From positions 48,162,978-48,226,624 of the forward strand of contig NC_068987.1 of assembly GCF_001194135.2 (NCBI RefSeq): DNA of 63,647 nt, written 5' to 3'. Numbering within the stretch: position 1 is the stretch's first letter; each line of letters begins with the position of its first letter. Below, piece after piece: positions 52,234-63,647 of this stretch. The translations under genes and the position numbers were made by a program. This DNA comes from Octopus bimaculoides (lineage: Eukaryota). The notes under the pieces were generated by a model. The model was not told the origin of the DNA, did no database searches, and saw only the letters and a list, made by a program, of their open reading frames with translations.

Positions 52234-53783
52234 TGATAGGATTATCAAGTATTTGCAAGACAAAAATAATAATAATAATAATAATAATCCTTTCTATTGA
52301 AGGCACAAGGCCTGAATTTGGTGGGGAGGGGACTAGTCGATTACATTGACCTCAGTGTTTCACTGGTACTTAATTTATCAACCCCCAAAAGGATGAAAGG
52401 TAAAGTCAACCATGGCAGAATTTGAACTTAGAATATAAAGATGGATGAAATGCTGCTAAGTATTTTGTCCAGTATGCTAACTGTTTTGCCAGCTCATTGC
52501 CTTGATAATAATCTTATAATAATTCTGCTTGTTTCTCCATTACTTAACCTGTCCATAATGCTTCCATGTGATTAGCTGAAGGGGGAGGGTAGGAAGGGAA
52601 GGGAAGGGGAGGAGGGGAGAGAGAGGTGGTTGTGAGTGAAATGTGTAATTTATCTTTTTGAACCAAGTTTTTTTTCCTCCTTTATTGAGCCCATCTGTAA
52701 TGCTTTCACATGATTAGTTGAACGGAAAGGCAGAGAGCAAAAGAAAAAGGAGAAAAAGAGAATAAGGTAAAGAGAGAGAGAGAGAGAGAAAGAGAGAGTG
52801 CTGTGTATTAAGTCTTTAAAATTGTACATAAAGTATATAAAGTGTATACATAAAGTGCTTTAAGTAATCATTGTATTCCAATTTCCTTCACTTTTCAATG
52901 ATTAGCAGATAAGCAATTATCTTTTGATACAGACACAACACAGGCTACGCTTTCAGGTTTCTGGATAAAGCTTTCAGAAATAACCCAATAAGTTTATCAT
53001 TAATGCCATGAAATATTCACAGGTCTTCCTAGTAGTAATAGTAATAATAATTATAATAACAACAATCCTTTCTACTGTAGGTACAAGGCCTGAAATTTGG
53101 ATGGTAGGGGTCTAGTCAATTTCAGTGACTCCACTGCTCAACTAGTACTTGTTTTATCAACCCAGAGGTGATGAAAAGTAAAGTAAGTACCAGACAAATA
53201 CAAGGGTTTGATATAACTGACTCTACAGCCATACCTCTAAATTTATGGCTTGTACCCATATTAGAAATAACATGTAGATGAAAATAAATTATCTTGAAAT
53301 AAGAATCAATAAATGTGAATTCGGCTCTGAAACATATCTATTGGTGGAATTTGAACTCAAAACACAAAAGCAGAGAAAATACTGTTAAGCATTTGGTCCA
53401 GTATGGTAGCAACTCTGCATGAGCCTTGACAAAATATTTTAAATATTTCTTTAACTGAATGAATCTTCTCCACTGAACAAGCTTCATAATTATTAAATAT
53501 TCAGAGCATGAAATTTTTTCTGTAGAAATCTTCAATATAATCCCAATTTTTGTTTTCTTTTTGTGTTCCTAATTTATGAGCATATTACCATGGTTAGTTC
53601 TGAAATGCTAAAATTGTTGGAGAAATGCTATTTTAACTATATGAAAATGAAGAGAGAAAAAAGAAAAAAAATCAAATTCATAGACAAAAAATAAAAAAAA
53701 AGCATTTTCTTTTTTTAAAAGTTTCAATTGGACTTTGATATAATTTCAGAGAGAGAATAAGGTATTACCAAAATAATAATTAC

Positions 53784-53995
53784 CATCTAAAACAGGAAGG
53801 AGTTCAACATTAAGTGAGATATCAGAAAAAGATGTGAGATCGCGACTGTCACGAGAATTGGTTCTCTGATGCTTCTTCCGCTTGAAAAAACTGCGCCGGA
53901 CAGTTCCTGAGCCTCTCCTGGAACACTTGAGTTCATCTTCAAGGAGATTCAAGCTCTCAGAACTACTTCTCTTGAGATCAAAGTTAGGACCAAGT
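53784..53995 (-). CDS. DLG5: DLG5-like exon, SH3-GK hook/linker
   Basis: AG/GT bounded, 212 nt, contains RRSFFKRKKHQRTNSRDSRDL, matching recalled DLG5 RRSFFRRKHKHKRSGSKDGKDL. Confidence 0.92.
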
Positions 53996-55172
53996 CTGCA
54001 GCATAAATATAGATAGACATGGGCTAATCATAAAGATAAAAATTATTTATTTATAAAGTTTATAAATCATATAATGTAATGTGTTCTATATGGACTGAAG
54101 GATTAAAGAATTATATATACATGTACAGAGAATTTGCTTTTTGAATTAGGTCTCTTAATAGGACAAATAGAGATGTTTCAGAGCAGAATTCATATTTATT
54201 GATTCTTATTTCAAGATATTTTATTTTCATTTACAAGTTATTTCTAACATGGGTACAAGCCATAAATTTGGAATTATGGCTGTAGAGTCAATTATATCAA
54301 ACCCTGTACTTGTCTGGTACTTACTTTATCAAATCTGGAAGGATGGTAAGCTAGGTTGACCCCAACAGGATTTGATTTAAAAGATGTAACTTAGTGCAGA
54401 ATGGTATTTTGTCTGCCACTCTATAGAAGTTGCATAGCTATTAATAATTATGGAAGGACAACACTGTTAATTACTATAGAAAGACATTACTATTACTGAA
54501 TATGGAAAAGACACGAATGTTATTACAGGCCAATTTACCTTTTTCACTTTAGCTAAGACTGTAATACAGTCCACCAATATATAAAAAAAAATGAAACTGA
54601 TATTTAAGTTAAAAAACCACTAGTATCTTCTATAATGAACTCTGTGTGTGTGTGTGCGTAAATATATATATATGTTTATTCTGTCCTGATGAATTAGTCA
54701 TTTATATTCATTATTTTTATGATTTTTATTATGGGATTCAATGGTAAAGCTGACAAAAAGATAAATATATCCTTGTATATTTATGACTTATTTTACAAGT
54801 CATAAATACACATTCATTTTCCATAGAGTTTAATTGATTGTTGAAGTTTATGTGCAATAAATTGGTTCTGCTTCTACAATACTTGAAATATTTAACAATT
54901 TTTCTGTTCAATTCCTAATAATATTGAATTATAAAAATATAATAGAATCTTTTGAATGGGGGTTACGGGAGCTCACAAAAGTAGAATAGAAATTTAAGAA
55001 GTTCATAGACAAAAAAGATTGAGAGCCACTGGTTTAGAATATAAATTGGTATTTTAATGTAAGGTTTTAATTGGGATCAGTTTAAAACAAAAGTTTGTAT
55101 ACTTGAACCAGGGATGGTATCAAGAGGTTTAATGTATTTGTCTGAAACAGTTAATTTATAACAACTACTCAC

Positions 55173-55416
55173 CTAGTGGGAATTTTTCCATATTTTACTT
55201 TCTTGCCTTGATTATTGATTAACCATCCTAACCAATAAGATGTATAATTGCTATCTCGGTCCCCGGATTGGTTGTCATAAAATCCTTCTTTTACAAGTAA
55301 AATATCATTCCTATTGAAAGACAGCTCCCCTTTCTCTTCACCATCATCTGGATGATAGTCAAAGTGGGCACGTATATAAAAAGGAAATCCTGAATTGCAT
55401 CTACCTTGAAAGTACT
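55173..55416 (-). CDS. DLG5: DLG5-like exon, SH3 domain
   Basis: AG/GT bounded, 244 nt, ...FYIRAHFDY...ELSFNRNDILLV...WLGW...GKIPT, showing MAGUK SH3 motifs. Confidence 0.95.
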
Positions 55417-55535
55417 CTGAAAAAGAAAAAGTGGACAAGAAAGTTTAACACCAAACTAATTATAAAAAAGCACAAATATTTAATGATATTGGAACCACGT
55501 CAGTTTGGACAATTTTTATATGATGTGATACTTAC

Positions 55536-55638
55536 TTTCAGGATTATACTGAGAGATAATTTTCACAGAGTTGGTGGCCTTTGATATCTCTCTCATAGCC
55601 TGTTCAATGGTAGCGTGCCGTAAATTGGTTCCATTGAA
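55536..55638 (-). CDS. DLG5: DLG5-like exon, PDZ4 C-terminal half
   Basis: AG/GT bounded, 103 nt, FNGTNLRHATIEQAMREISKATNSVKIISQYNPE. Phase 0 in, phase 1 out. Confidence 0.92.
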
Positions 55639-57473
55639 CTAGAAAACAAAAGCAAGGGTTAGTGGGGACAAAAAATGGATTTTATTTAATACAGGTTTGG
55701 CAACAATAAGCATAATTTGAAAGAATTAAAGAAAACTAAACTACATATTACACCCTGAAGCAATAAAAAGAAAAAATGTTTGTTTAATGTTTTTTTTAAT
55801 ACTGCTGCTGTTATATGTTTTATTCTCCACTTATTTAAAAAAAATAATTGGCTGAGTATGTTTTTGAAGCATTCTCACAAGCAATGAAAATCCTATTAAC
55901 ATGACTGGCAGCATTTATAAAGTAATATCTCCAGGCTAAATATCTGTAGTTGAAAACTTTTGGTTGTTATTCGTTCAGAATTTTGATCTCCAAATCTTGT
56001 ACAAAATTAGCTGGCATTTCCTTTCAGAAAAATTCTGCTCAGATCCTGAAAGAAGTTCTTCTTACAAAATGTTCAAGACTCCCCTCATGTTTACCATTGA
56101 GTTATAATAACCTCTCTCTTTTGCTTGCTCTTACCCACCCATCCACATAGAGTGCTGATAGTCTTATTATAAAACTATTGAAGAAAGCTTCATCTAGAGG
56201 TAACACCACTAGACTATATATGTATAGACATACACTGTAATTGTATGTGCCACATACCTTTTAATACACATATTTATCGCACAAAATTTCCAAACATCCT
56301 CTAATGCAGTGTATGCATGTATAAGTGTAATAAACAAAGAAGGTAAAAACTTCACATTATATCAAAGAATATTAGTGAAGCCAAATGTTAAGAGAAACGG
56401 TTGTAATATTGCAATTTAGACAAGAATTTAATGAAATAAATTATCATAATTAGTCAATCAGAGAAGCGATTAGTCATTGTAAATTTACTCTATATTAAAA
56501 ATGAAAAAATAAAAATGAAAATTAAAGTAGCATACAACACCATTGTTCATCCTCATTCATATTAATCCCATGTCAGCATGGACAAATGGAGGTTAATATG
56601 GCATTTATAAGGAAAGATGATGATGATAATGATGATGACGACGATGACAGCTGTGGTGGTGGTGGTGGTGGTGGTTGCAACAGAAAAGCTTCAGCCTAAT
56701 TCTAAATAGTGCCCAATAAGCACATCATTAGAGCTGCTCATTAATTATATGAAAGGTAAGTGAAGATTAAAAGCACTAAAGAAAAATAACCTTGTGTACA
56801 GTAGGTGGATGTACCTAATGTCTGAGAAATGGCTCATTGTTTCATCTCATTATCAACTTTGGGTTCATTCATTAATTTCATTTTCTAAACACTTAATTGC
56901 AGCTGTTGTCATTGTGAAAATTGAAGAGATGCAGATCTAAAAGAACATATCTGCATGCATTAAATTCTAAGGACAAAGGCACTAGAACTTGAATGAATGA
57001 CCTGACTAAGATACTTAATCCTTCTGATACCAGACCACCTGAAATAGCCCCTGGACATATGATACAAATTTCCTGCTTTAAAATGATATAAATTAAAATC
57101 TTCCATTCAAATTTCATGTTAATTTATGCTCCAGAGACCAGCTTAATAATGGCAAAGTTTTTTAATGAAATTCTTCATTATTTTCAAAATTAAATGAAAC
57201 AGGGCCAGTATTTTTCAATAGAAATATAACGAAAGTGCTAACCAGTGAAGCAAACTACCAGTTCACCTTTATTATTTATATCAAGGTATAAACTGTGAGT
57301 GTTACTATCAGATGTGGTCTACCATGAGTATCTTATAAGTTTAATATGCTATTAATTTTGATGTTAAAAAAGCAACATTTGTGTTTGTATCCGTACTTTA
57401 GTAATGTTAAAATGTCCTCTGTTGTTATGAAGTGGGAGGGGGGGAAAAAAAACAAGGATACTAAACATCATAC

Positions 57474-57663
57474 TTCTAAAATTTGACATCCTTTTGAGAG
57501 GCCCTCCACACCATCCGCTATACTGTTTGAATGGATATCCTTCACAAACACTCCAATGCCGCCCTGTCCACCAACAAAAGACAATCCTAAACTACTGGTG
57601 GACTTAGTTTTCTTCAGTTGGACACAGCACTGATTGGATGGTAGGTGCATAGAGTCAGGTGAG
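57474..57663 (-). CDS. DLG5: DLG5-like exon, PDZ4 N-terminal half
   Basis: AG/GT bounded, 190 nt, SPDSMHLPSNQCCVQLKKTKSTSSLGLSFVGGQGGIGVFVKDIHSNSIADGVEGLSKGCQILE, with a GLGF-like loop (LGLSF). Confidence 0.92.
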
Positions 57664-58372
57664 CTGGAAATGGAAAACAGAAACAGATAGGATCAATAGT
57701 AATGGATCAATATATATGATATATCCCAAGACAGGTAAATTTGATCAGCAATGATAGAAACATAGATATACCATGTTTTTACTTTAAGGTTTTTATGACT
57801 GACTTATAAGAATTTATTATTTTAAATCATAATTTACCAAGGGTTTAAATAAATACTTCCTACATAAGAGATTCCTCTCTCAATATTAAATTTGTCTTAG
57901 CGCTTATATACTTCAAGAAAAAATAATTTCAATGCTTAGAATATTGGATGAGAACAAGACTCTTGTAAGAAAATTTGAACTGAGACTTTTTTGCAACTTT
58001 CAGATCTTCCACTCATTGCAACTAAACGAATAAGAAACAACAGTTGGTGTTGGGTTCTTTAATTTTAAGAATTTTCTATTTAGTTTGATTTTAAAAAATA
58101 ATTAACTAACAACAATTTTGAATAAATAAAGATATCTTAAAGGATGAAGCTAATCCACAACCACTGTGATTTTAGATAAAGTAGTTGAATATGAGGTGTT
58201 AAGTATGAGAAGATAAAGAATTATACTCAGAAAACAGACATTTGAGTCATGAATTCTTTAAAAAAATGTGTATATAACTTCATGCCTTTAAATATAGTAG
58301 TAAATAAAATTAGATGAGTAGAGATTAGTAAGAAGACAAAAATTACAATAAACAAGAGGGATAAAAATCATT

Positions 58373-58683
58373 TACATTATTTACATTTGACAGATATTTG
58401 TCCTCATCTTGTTTGTTGTTAACACAATGTTTCGGCTGATATACCCTCCACCCTTCATCAGGTGTCTTGGAGAAATTTCAAAGCTGGGTTCTCATTCCTA
58501 AGGTATTTTTTGATGTTATAATTGTTATTATTATTATTATTATTCAGGTCACTACCTGGAATCAAACTCAGAATCTTGATGTTAGTGGCCTGCACTCTTA
58601 AAAACTACGCCATATGCCATGGCACAGTGGTTAAGAGTGTGGGCTACTAACCCCAAGATTCCAAGTTTGATTCCAGGCAGTTA

Positions 58684-58737
<54 letters not shown>

Positions 58738-58901
58738 CAATAATAACAACAACAACAACATCGAAAAATACTTCAGGAATGCGAACCCAAGTTTGAAATT
58801 TCTCCAAGACACCTGATGAAGGCTGGAGGGTATATCACCCAAAACATTGTGTTAACAACAAACAAGATGAGGACAAATATTCGGCAAATGTAAATAATGT
58901 A
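58373..58901. repeat. ~530-bp foldback element with tRNA-like centre and hammerhead-like motifs in both arms
   Basis: Arms of roughly 245-280 bp are reverse complements, centred near 58618. The length difference comes from (AAT)n/(AAC)n. Confidence 0.9.
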
Positions 58902-60055
58902 CATAATTCCTCATCTCTTAAATATAGAATTGAATAAAAATAAATTAAAAATTTAATCATTTTTAATTTGTTAATTCAGTAGTCAGATTATGTCTTTGAT
59001 ATAATTTGACTACTGAACTCTTCAGTTATTTAAAAGATACTGTCTTATACCATCATTGGAATGCATACTTTACTCTGATGGCATTTAAGAATGAGGGATC
59101 TTATCAGTTAAAATATAAGTAATAAATAAAACAAAGTTGTTAATGATAATCTAAAAAAACATTATCTATGTTGTTAGTGAAGGCACATCTCAAATATAAT
59201 TTGAATAGTTGTTAGAATTCAATTACAGCAACTTAAATCTGTTATTTTTGAAAAGAGGTGTGATGGAAATATGTTAATTCAATAATCTGTAGACTATTAT
59301 AGTTTAGGACAAAATATTTGAGCATTAACTTAGACTCAAAGTTTTATTACCTATTAAAAAAATCTATTAAAGTAGCTATATCTGATCACATCAGAAGAAC
59401 TGTCCCTTAACATCCAAACTCCAAGTGGGCCCACACATAAGTATCTATCTAAAACACTGGTTTCTACTTATCAATGATAAAGAAGATAGAAATTTAGAAT
59501 AAGAAATCTCCCAGGAACTTGTATAGAATATACAATATGTTATATATATATAATAAGATGCATTTTAATAAACTAATAGTTATTTTATTTTTATTTGATC
59601 AAAAAAGTCTAAATAAATACCTGATAATATATATCTTTTTTTAGATATTTTGCAAAATACAGAATTTAACTTCTCAGAGTCTTTTGATGACTAGAAATGA
59701 TGTTAATAATTTTAATAAATGCAGTTCTTTGCTTAGTGGCATTTTGTCTGCCTCTACATTTTGAGTTTAAAATTGCACTGAGGTTGACTTTGCCTTTCAT
59801 CTTTACGGAACTGATAAAATTAGTACCAGTTGAAAATAAATGCAGTTCCTGATTTCTAGTCAACAATTTTTAAAGACTTAAAGTAAGTTGTACATACATA
59901 CAAAACAAAATACATAAATATCATTGATTTTCATTTTATGTCAAACTTTAAATGAATTGAAAACTAAGATTAATTTACAAAACTGAGAAAAAAAGACAAG
60001 TTTGCATTTTTAACAAGACAATATGAATGTACAAATCTTTGGGATAAATGTTCAC

Positions 60056-60209
60056 CTGAAGGTACTAATTCTGTGGTGAGTGTTTTCTGAAGATGGACTG
60101 GATGGAGTTATAGTTTCATTACTGACTAGATGATTCGGTTTTTTGGATAGTTCAGAGGAATCTGATGGTGAGGAGCACAAATTGCTTTCAGACCGTTCAC
60201 TGTTGAATT
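60056..60209 (-). CDS. DLG5: DLG5-like exon, Ser-rich linker between PDZ3 and PDZ4
   Basis: AG/GT bounded, 154 nt, open frame FNSERSESNLCSSPSDSSELSKKPNHLVSNETITPSSPSSENTHHRISTF. Phase 1 in and phase 2 out, compatible with both neighbours. Confidence 0.8.
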
Positions 60210-60826
60210 CTGTGAACAAGAAAAATATGTTTTTTCCTTCTTAATAATGAAATACCAAACTGAAATAAATTCAAGTAAAATTACAATAAAATGTGTTAGA
60301 TGCAGGTGCAGGCATGGCTGTGTGGTAAAAAGCTTACTTCCCAACCACATGGTTCTGGGTTCAGTCCCACTGCGTGGCACCTTAGGCAAGTGTCTTCTGC
60401 TATAGCCTCAGGCCAACCAAAGACTTGTGAGTGGATTTGCTAGACTGAAACTGAATGAAGCCTGTCGTATGTATTTATATTTGTGTGAGTGTGTTAGTGT
60501 TTATCCCACCACCATTGCTTGACAACTAATGTTGATATGTTTATGTCCCCATAACTTAGTGGTTTGGCAAAAGGGACCCAATAGAATAAATACTAGGCTT
60601 ACAAAGAATAAGTTCTAGGGTCGATTTCTTCAACTAAAACCAGTTCTCCAGTATGACTGCAGTCAAATGACTAAAAAGTGTAAAAGAATAAAAGAATGTG
60701 TTTCTCAAGGCCCATCCCCAACCTTTGGAGGCACGGCAATATTTTGGTAGGGTGTAGGTCACTTCACAATGTGATGTAAGTAACAAATAAATACAACTGC
60801 CAATGAATTTTAATTACAATTTCTTT

Positions 60827-60887
<61 letters not shown>

Positions 60888-61650
60888 TGATTACATTCAT
60901 GAAGGGGTCAACACTTTTTTTTTTGAAAATCAAATTGTGTCATAGGCAAAAGAAGTCTGAAATACTGATGTGGATGTATGATCTTGGGTTCATTCCTACT
61001 GTGCAGTGCCTTGGGTATGTGTCTTCAACTGCAGACCTAGCCAACCAAAGCTTTGTGAGTGGATTTGGTAGATAGAAACTGGAAGAAGCCTTCATATATA
61101 TCATGTGAGTGTTTGTATGTGTATCCATGTCGTGACATTAAATGATGAATGTAAACGAGCACCACTGTTATGTAAGTGTTGTTATTTATTTCCAGTCTTC
61201 TGTGAAAACATGTTTGGTCATGGGGGAATATTATCTTACTTGGAAACAAGTGAGGGTTCATGACATGTAGAAAATCTAATTTAAGAAATTCCTTCTGACC
61301 CATCCAAGTACAAAAGAGGAAACATTAAATGATAATGAAACATTCAATACTTTCAGTTAAATGATCTTATTAAAATACAAATTAGGGTGCAAGCTACCAG
61401 AACCTTCAGCATGCTGGGCAAAATAATTAGCTGCATTTCATCTGTCTTTATGATCTGAATTCAAATTCTGCTTTGCTTTTCATCCTCTCAAGTGTCTGTA
61501 AAATACTAGGGTCAATGTAATCGCCCAACCCCATCACCTGAATTTGCTAGCTTTGTGTCAAAGCTTGAAACTAATATATAGATTCATAAAAAACCAACTA
61601 TCATAGATAAGATGTAAATCATGAAAACAGACATTAGGAAAGTAACTTAC

Positions 61651-61753
61651 TGTGTGGATTGTATTGCACCAACATTGTTAAGGTTTCTCGACACTGACGC
61701 AATACACTGGCTGCTAACTGATAAGTTGCAGTTCGCATGTTGATTCCACAAAC
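61651..61753 (-). CDS. DLG5: DLG5-like MAGUK exon, PDZ3 C-terminal half
   Basis: AG/GT bounded, 103 nt, VCGINMRTATYQLAASVLRQCRETLTMLVQYNPH. Resembles recalled DLG5 PDZ3 (FNGINLRSAT...AQYNPH). Ends in phase 1. Confidence 0.9.
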
Positions 61754-62242
61754 CTACAATAAGAAAACAAGTAGAAATATTCATTTGAATCAATTTTTCT
61801 CCATACAAGTATAAACTATATCGAGCCATAGACAGAGAAGGCTTTGTGTGTGTGTGTGTGTGCGTGTGGCTGTGTGATGAAGAAGATTGCTTCCCAACCA
61901 TATGGTCTTGGGTTCAAGTGTTTTCTACAGTCGTCCCGGGCCAACTAAAATGGATTTGATAGACAGATATGTATATATTTGTATGTGTGTATCTGTCTGT
62001 GAATGTTTGTCTTGATATCCTGTAATGGTTGTAAATGAGCATCATTGCCATACAAGCAATGTTGTTTGTTTTCAGCCTTTCATGAAAAACATGTCTAGCC
62101 ATGAAGAAATATCTTGCTTGGAAACTGGTAAGGACTGGCAACAAGAAGAGCATCAGGTTGTAGAAAATCTGACTCAACAAATTTTGTCTGACCCATGCAA
62201 ACATGGAAAAGTGGATGTCAAATGATAATATATGTATATATA

Positions 62243-63461
62243 TGAAGGTGGGCTGAAAAGTTCATAGGCTGACTATGAAGGAGTGATGCTAGACCTGTGA
62301 AATCTTGCATGCATTAATTTTAACTCCCCTTCTTTCAGGTAAACTAACATCTGACTCTTCAAAGAAGACTTCAAAAGTAATTAGTTGCGACTTCTCTCGA
62401 AAACTGACAAAATTTGGTATCATGGTGTTATCAAGTACCTCCAGGAAAAACAGTTTAGGCCCCAAAGACATTCATGCTGACATGGTTGCTACATTAGGGC
62501 TTGATGTGCCAGTTTATCAACGGTGCAAAATTGGGCAGCTGAATTTAAAGGGGGAAAGGAGAGTCTTGAAGACGGTCCAAAGTCTGGATGTCATACAACT
62601 GCCGATGAAAACATTAATCATGGTGATGGATGTTAGGTGATTGACTATAAATCAAACGGCCAATGCTATTAGCATATTTTGCACATTGAACTTGGCCTGG
62701 TGAAAGTTTCTGCTTGGTGGGGCCATGTCTTCTGGACACCTAATCAAAAGCATATGGTAAGATCTGATACTGTTTCAGGCAGATCCAGCTGTTTTCCTTG
62801 AATATTTCCTAAACCAGAATGAGTGTTGGGTTCGTCACTTTGAGCCAGAGACAAAGAGACAATCTACGAAGTGGAAACATCCCTCTTCACCTGCTCCAAA
62901 GAAAGCCAAGGTTGCTACAGCTGCAGGAAAGGTGATAACCTCAGATATTTTGGGGATGCAAGAGGCACTGTGTTTGTTGACTATCTTCAAAAGGGTCACA
63001 CTATCAATGGAGAATACTATGCCAACTTGTTGATGCAGTTACAAAAGACAATCAAGACCAAACACCCAGCAAAACTGAGGAAAGGAATCTTCTTATATGA
63101 GGACAATGTTCCAGCATACCAGTCCTTGGCTTCAATGATTGCTGTGTGTGATTGTGGCTTTCAACTGATTGATCACCTTCCCTATAATCCTGATTTGGCT
63201 CCATCTAAGTATCATCTATTCCCTAACATGAAAAATCACTAGGCTGGAAACCAGAATCACAGTGATGATGATGTCATATCTGCTGCTGCTGACGTTTTTG
63301 AACAACAGGATGAAAGCTTCTTCACAAATGAGATCCCAGCACTAACACTGATGGAAGAAGCATGTGCACTGCAAAGGGGACTATGCTGAAAAATAAACTG
63401 CATTTGGTCACATTTCATGAGAATATTTTGGTCAGCCTAGGAACCTTACAGCTGCCCCTCA
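62243..63461 (+). mobile_element. Near full-length defective mariner, same family as 21001-23100
   Basis: 31-bp imperfect TIRs (62243-62273 and 63431-63461), TA at left, AGKV, YEDN and PYNPDLAPSKY motifs. Third Asp lost and frame broken. Confidence 0.9.
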
Positions 63462-63574
63462 TGTGTGTGTGTGTGTGTCTCTCCCTCTCTATATATATGT
63501 ATATATACATATACATATGCATATATATATACATACATATCCATACGTATATATATATATATACATACATATCC

Positions 63575-63647
<73 letters not shown>

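Noticed and set aside
54777-54807. 12-bp perfect stem (tatttatgactt / aagtcataaata)
   Set aside because: Short and AT-rich. Expected occasionally by chance or local snap-back, with no other support.
58619-58685. tRNA-like sequence here, at about 29455-29515 and at SINE heads
   Set aside because: A/B-box remnants without a complete cloverleaf, embedded in repeats, so not called as tRNA genes.

Overview
AT-rich animal scaffold with six N-gaps, dense SINE/LINE/DNA-transposon relics and (TA)n/(TG)n microsatellites. The repeat landscape suggests an Octopus-like cephalopod, which is an inference and not database-checked. Two genes are supported. (1) The 3' half of a DLG5-type MAGUK (PDZ3 second half, Ser-rich linker, PDZ4, SH3, GK): 11 phase-compatible GT-AG exons on the minus strand from 61753 to 36672. 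Its phase-compatible terminal exon lies on the PLUS strand at 4505-4608, most simply a mis-oriented scaffold block, less likely a real inversion or trans-splicing. (2) Coding exon 1 of a cyclophilin (224-301, minus) with a TATA box and two identically built heat-shock elements upstream. The rest is TE debris: five mariner pieces, a piggyBac relic plus TTAA MITEs, a Gypsy relic, RTE, CR1/L2 and Penelope relics, and three short-repeat families. Notable non-genic structures are foldbacks carrying decayed hammerhead-ribozyme cores, an RTE 3' end flanked by ~100-bp direct repeats, a 249-bp exact templated-type duplication, and an old 1.76-kb inversion reconstructable from nested TEs. No rRNA, bona fide tRNA or CRISPR array was seen. 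Nothing here is established as a new biological system; the leads are hypotheses. All alignments were done by eye against remembered family motifs.
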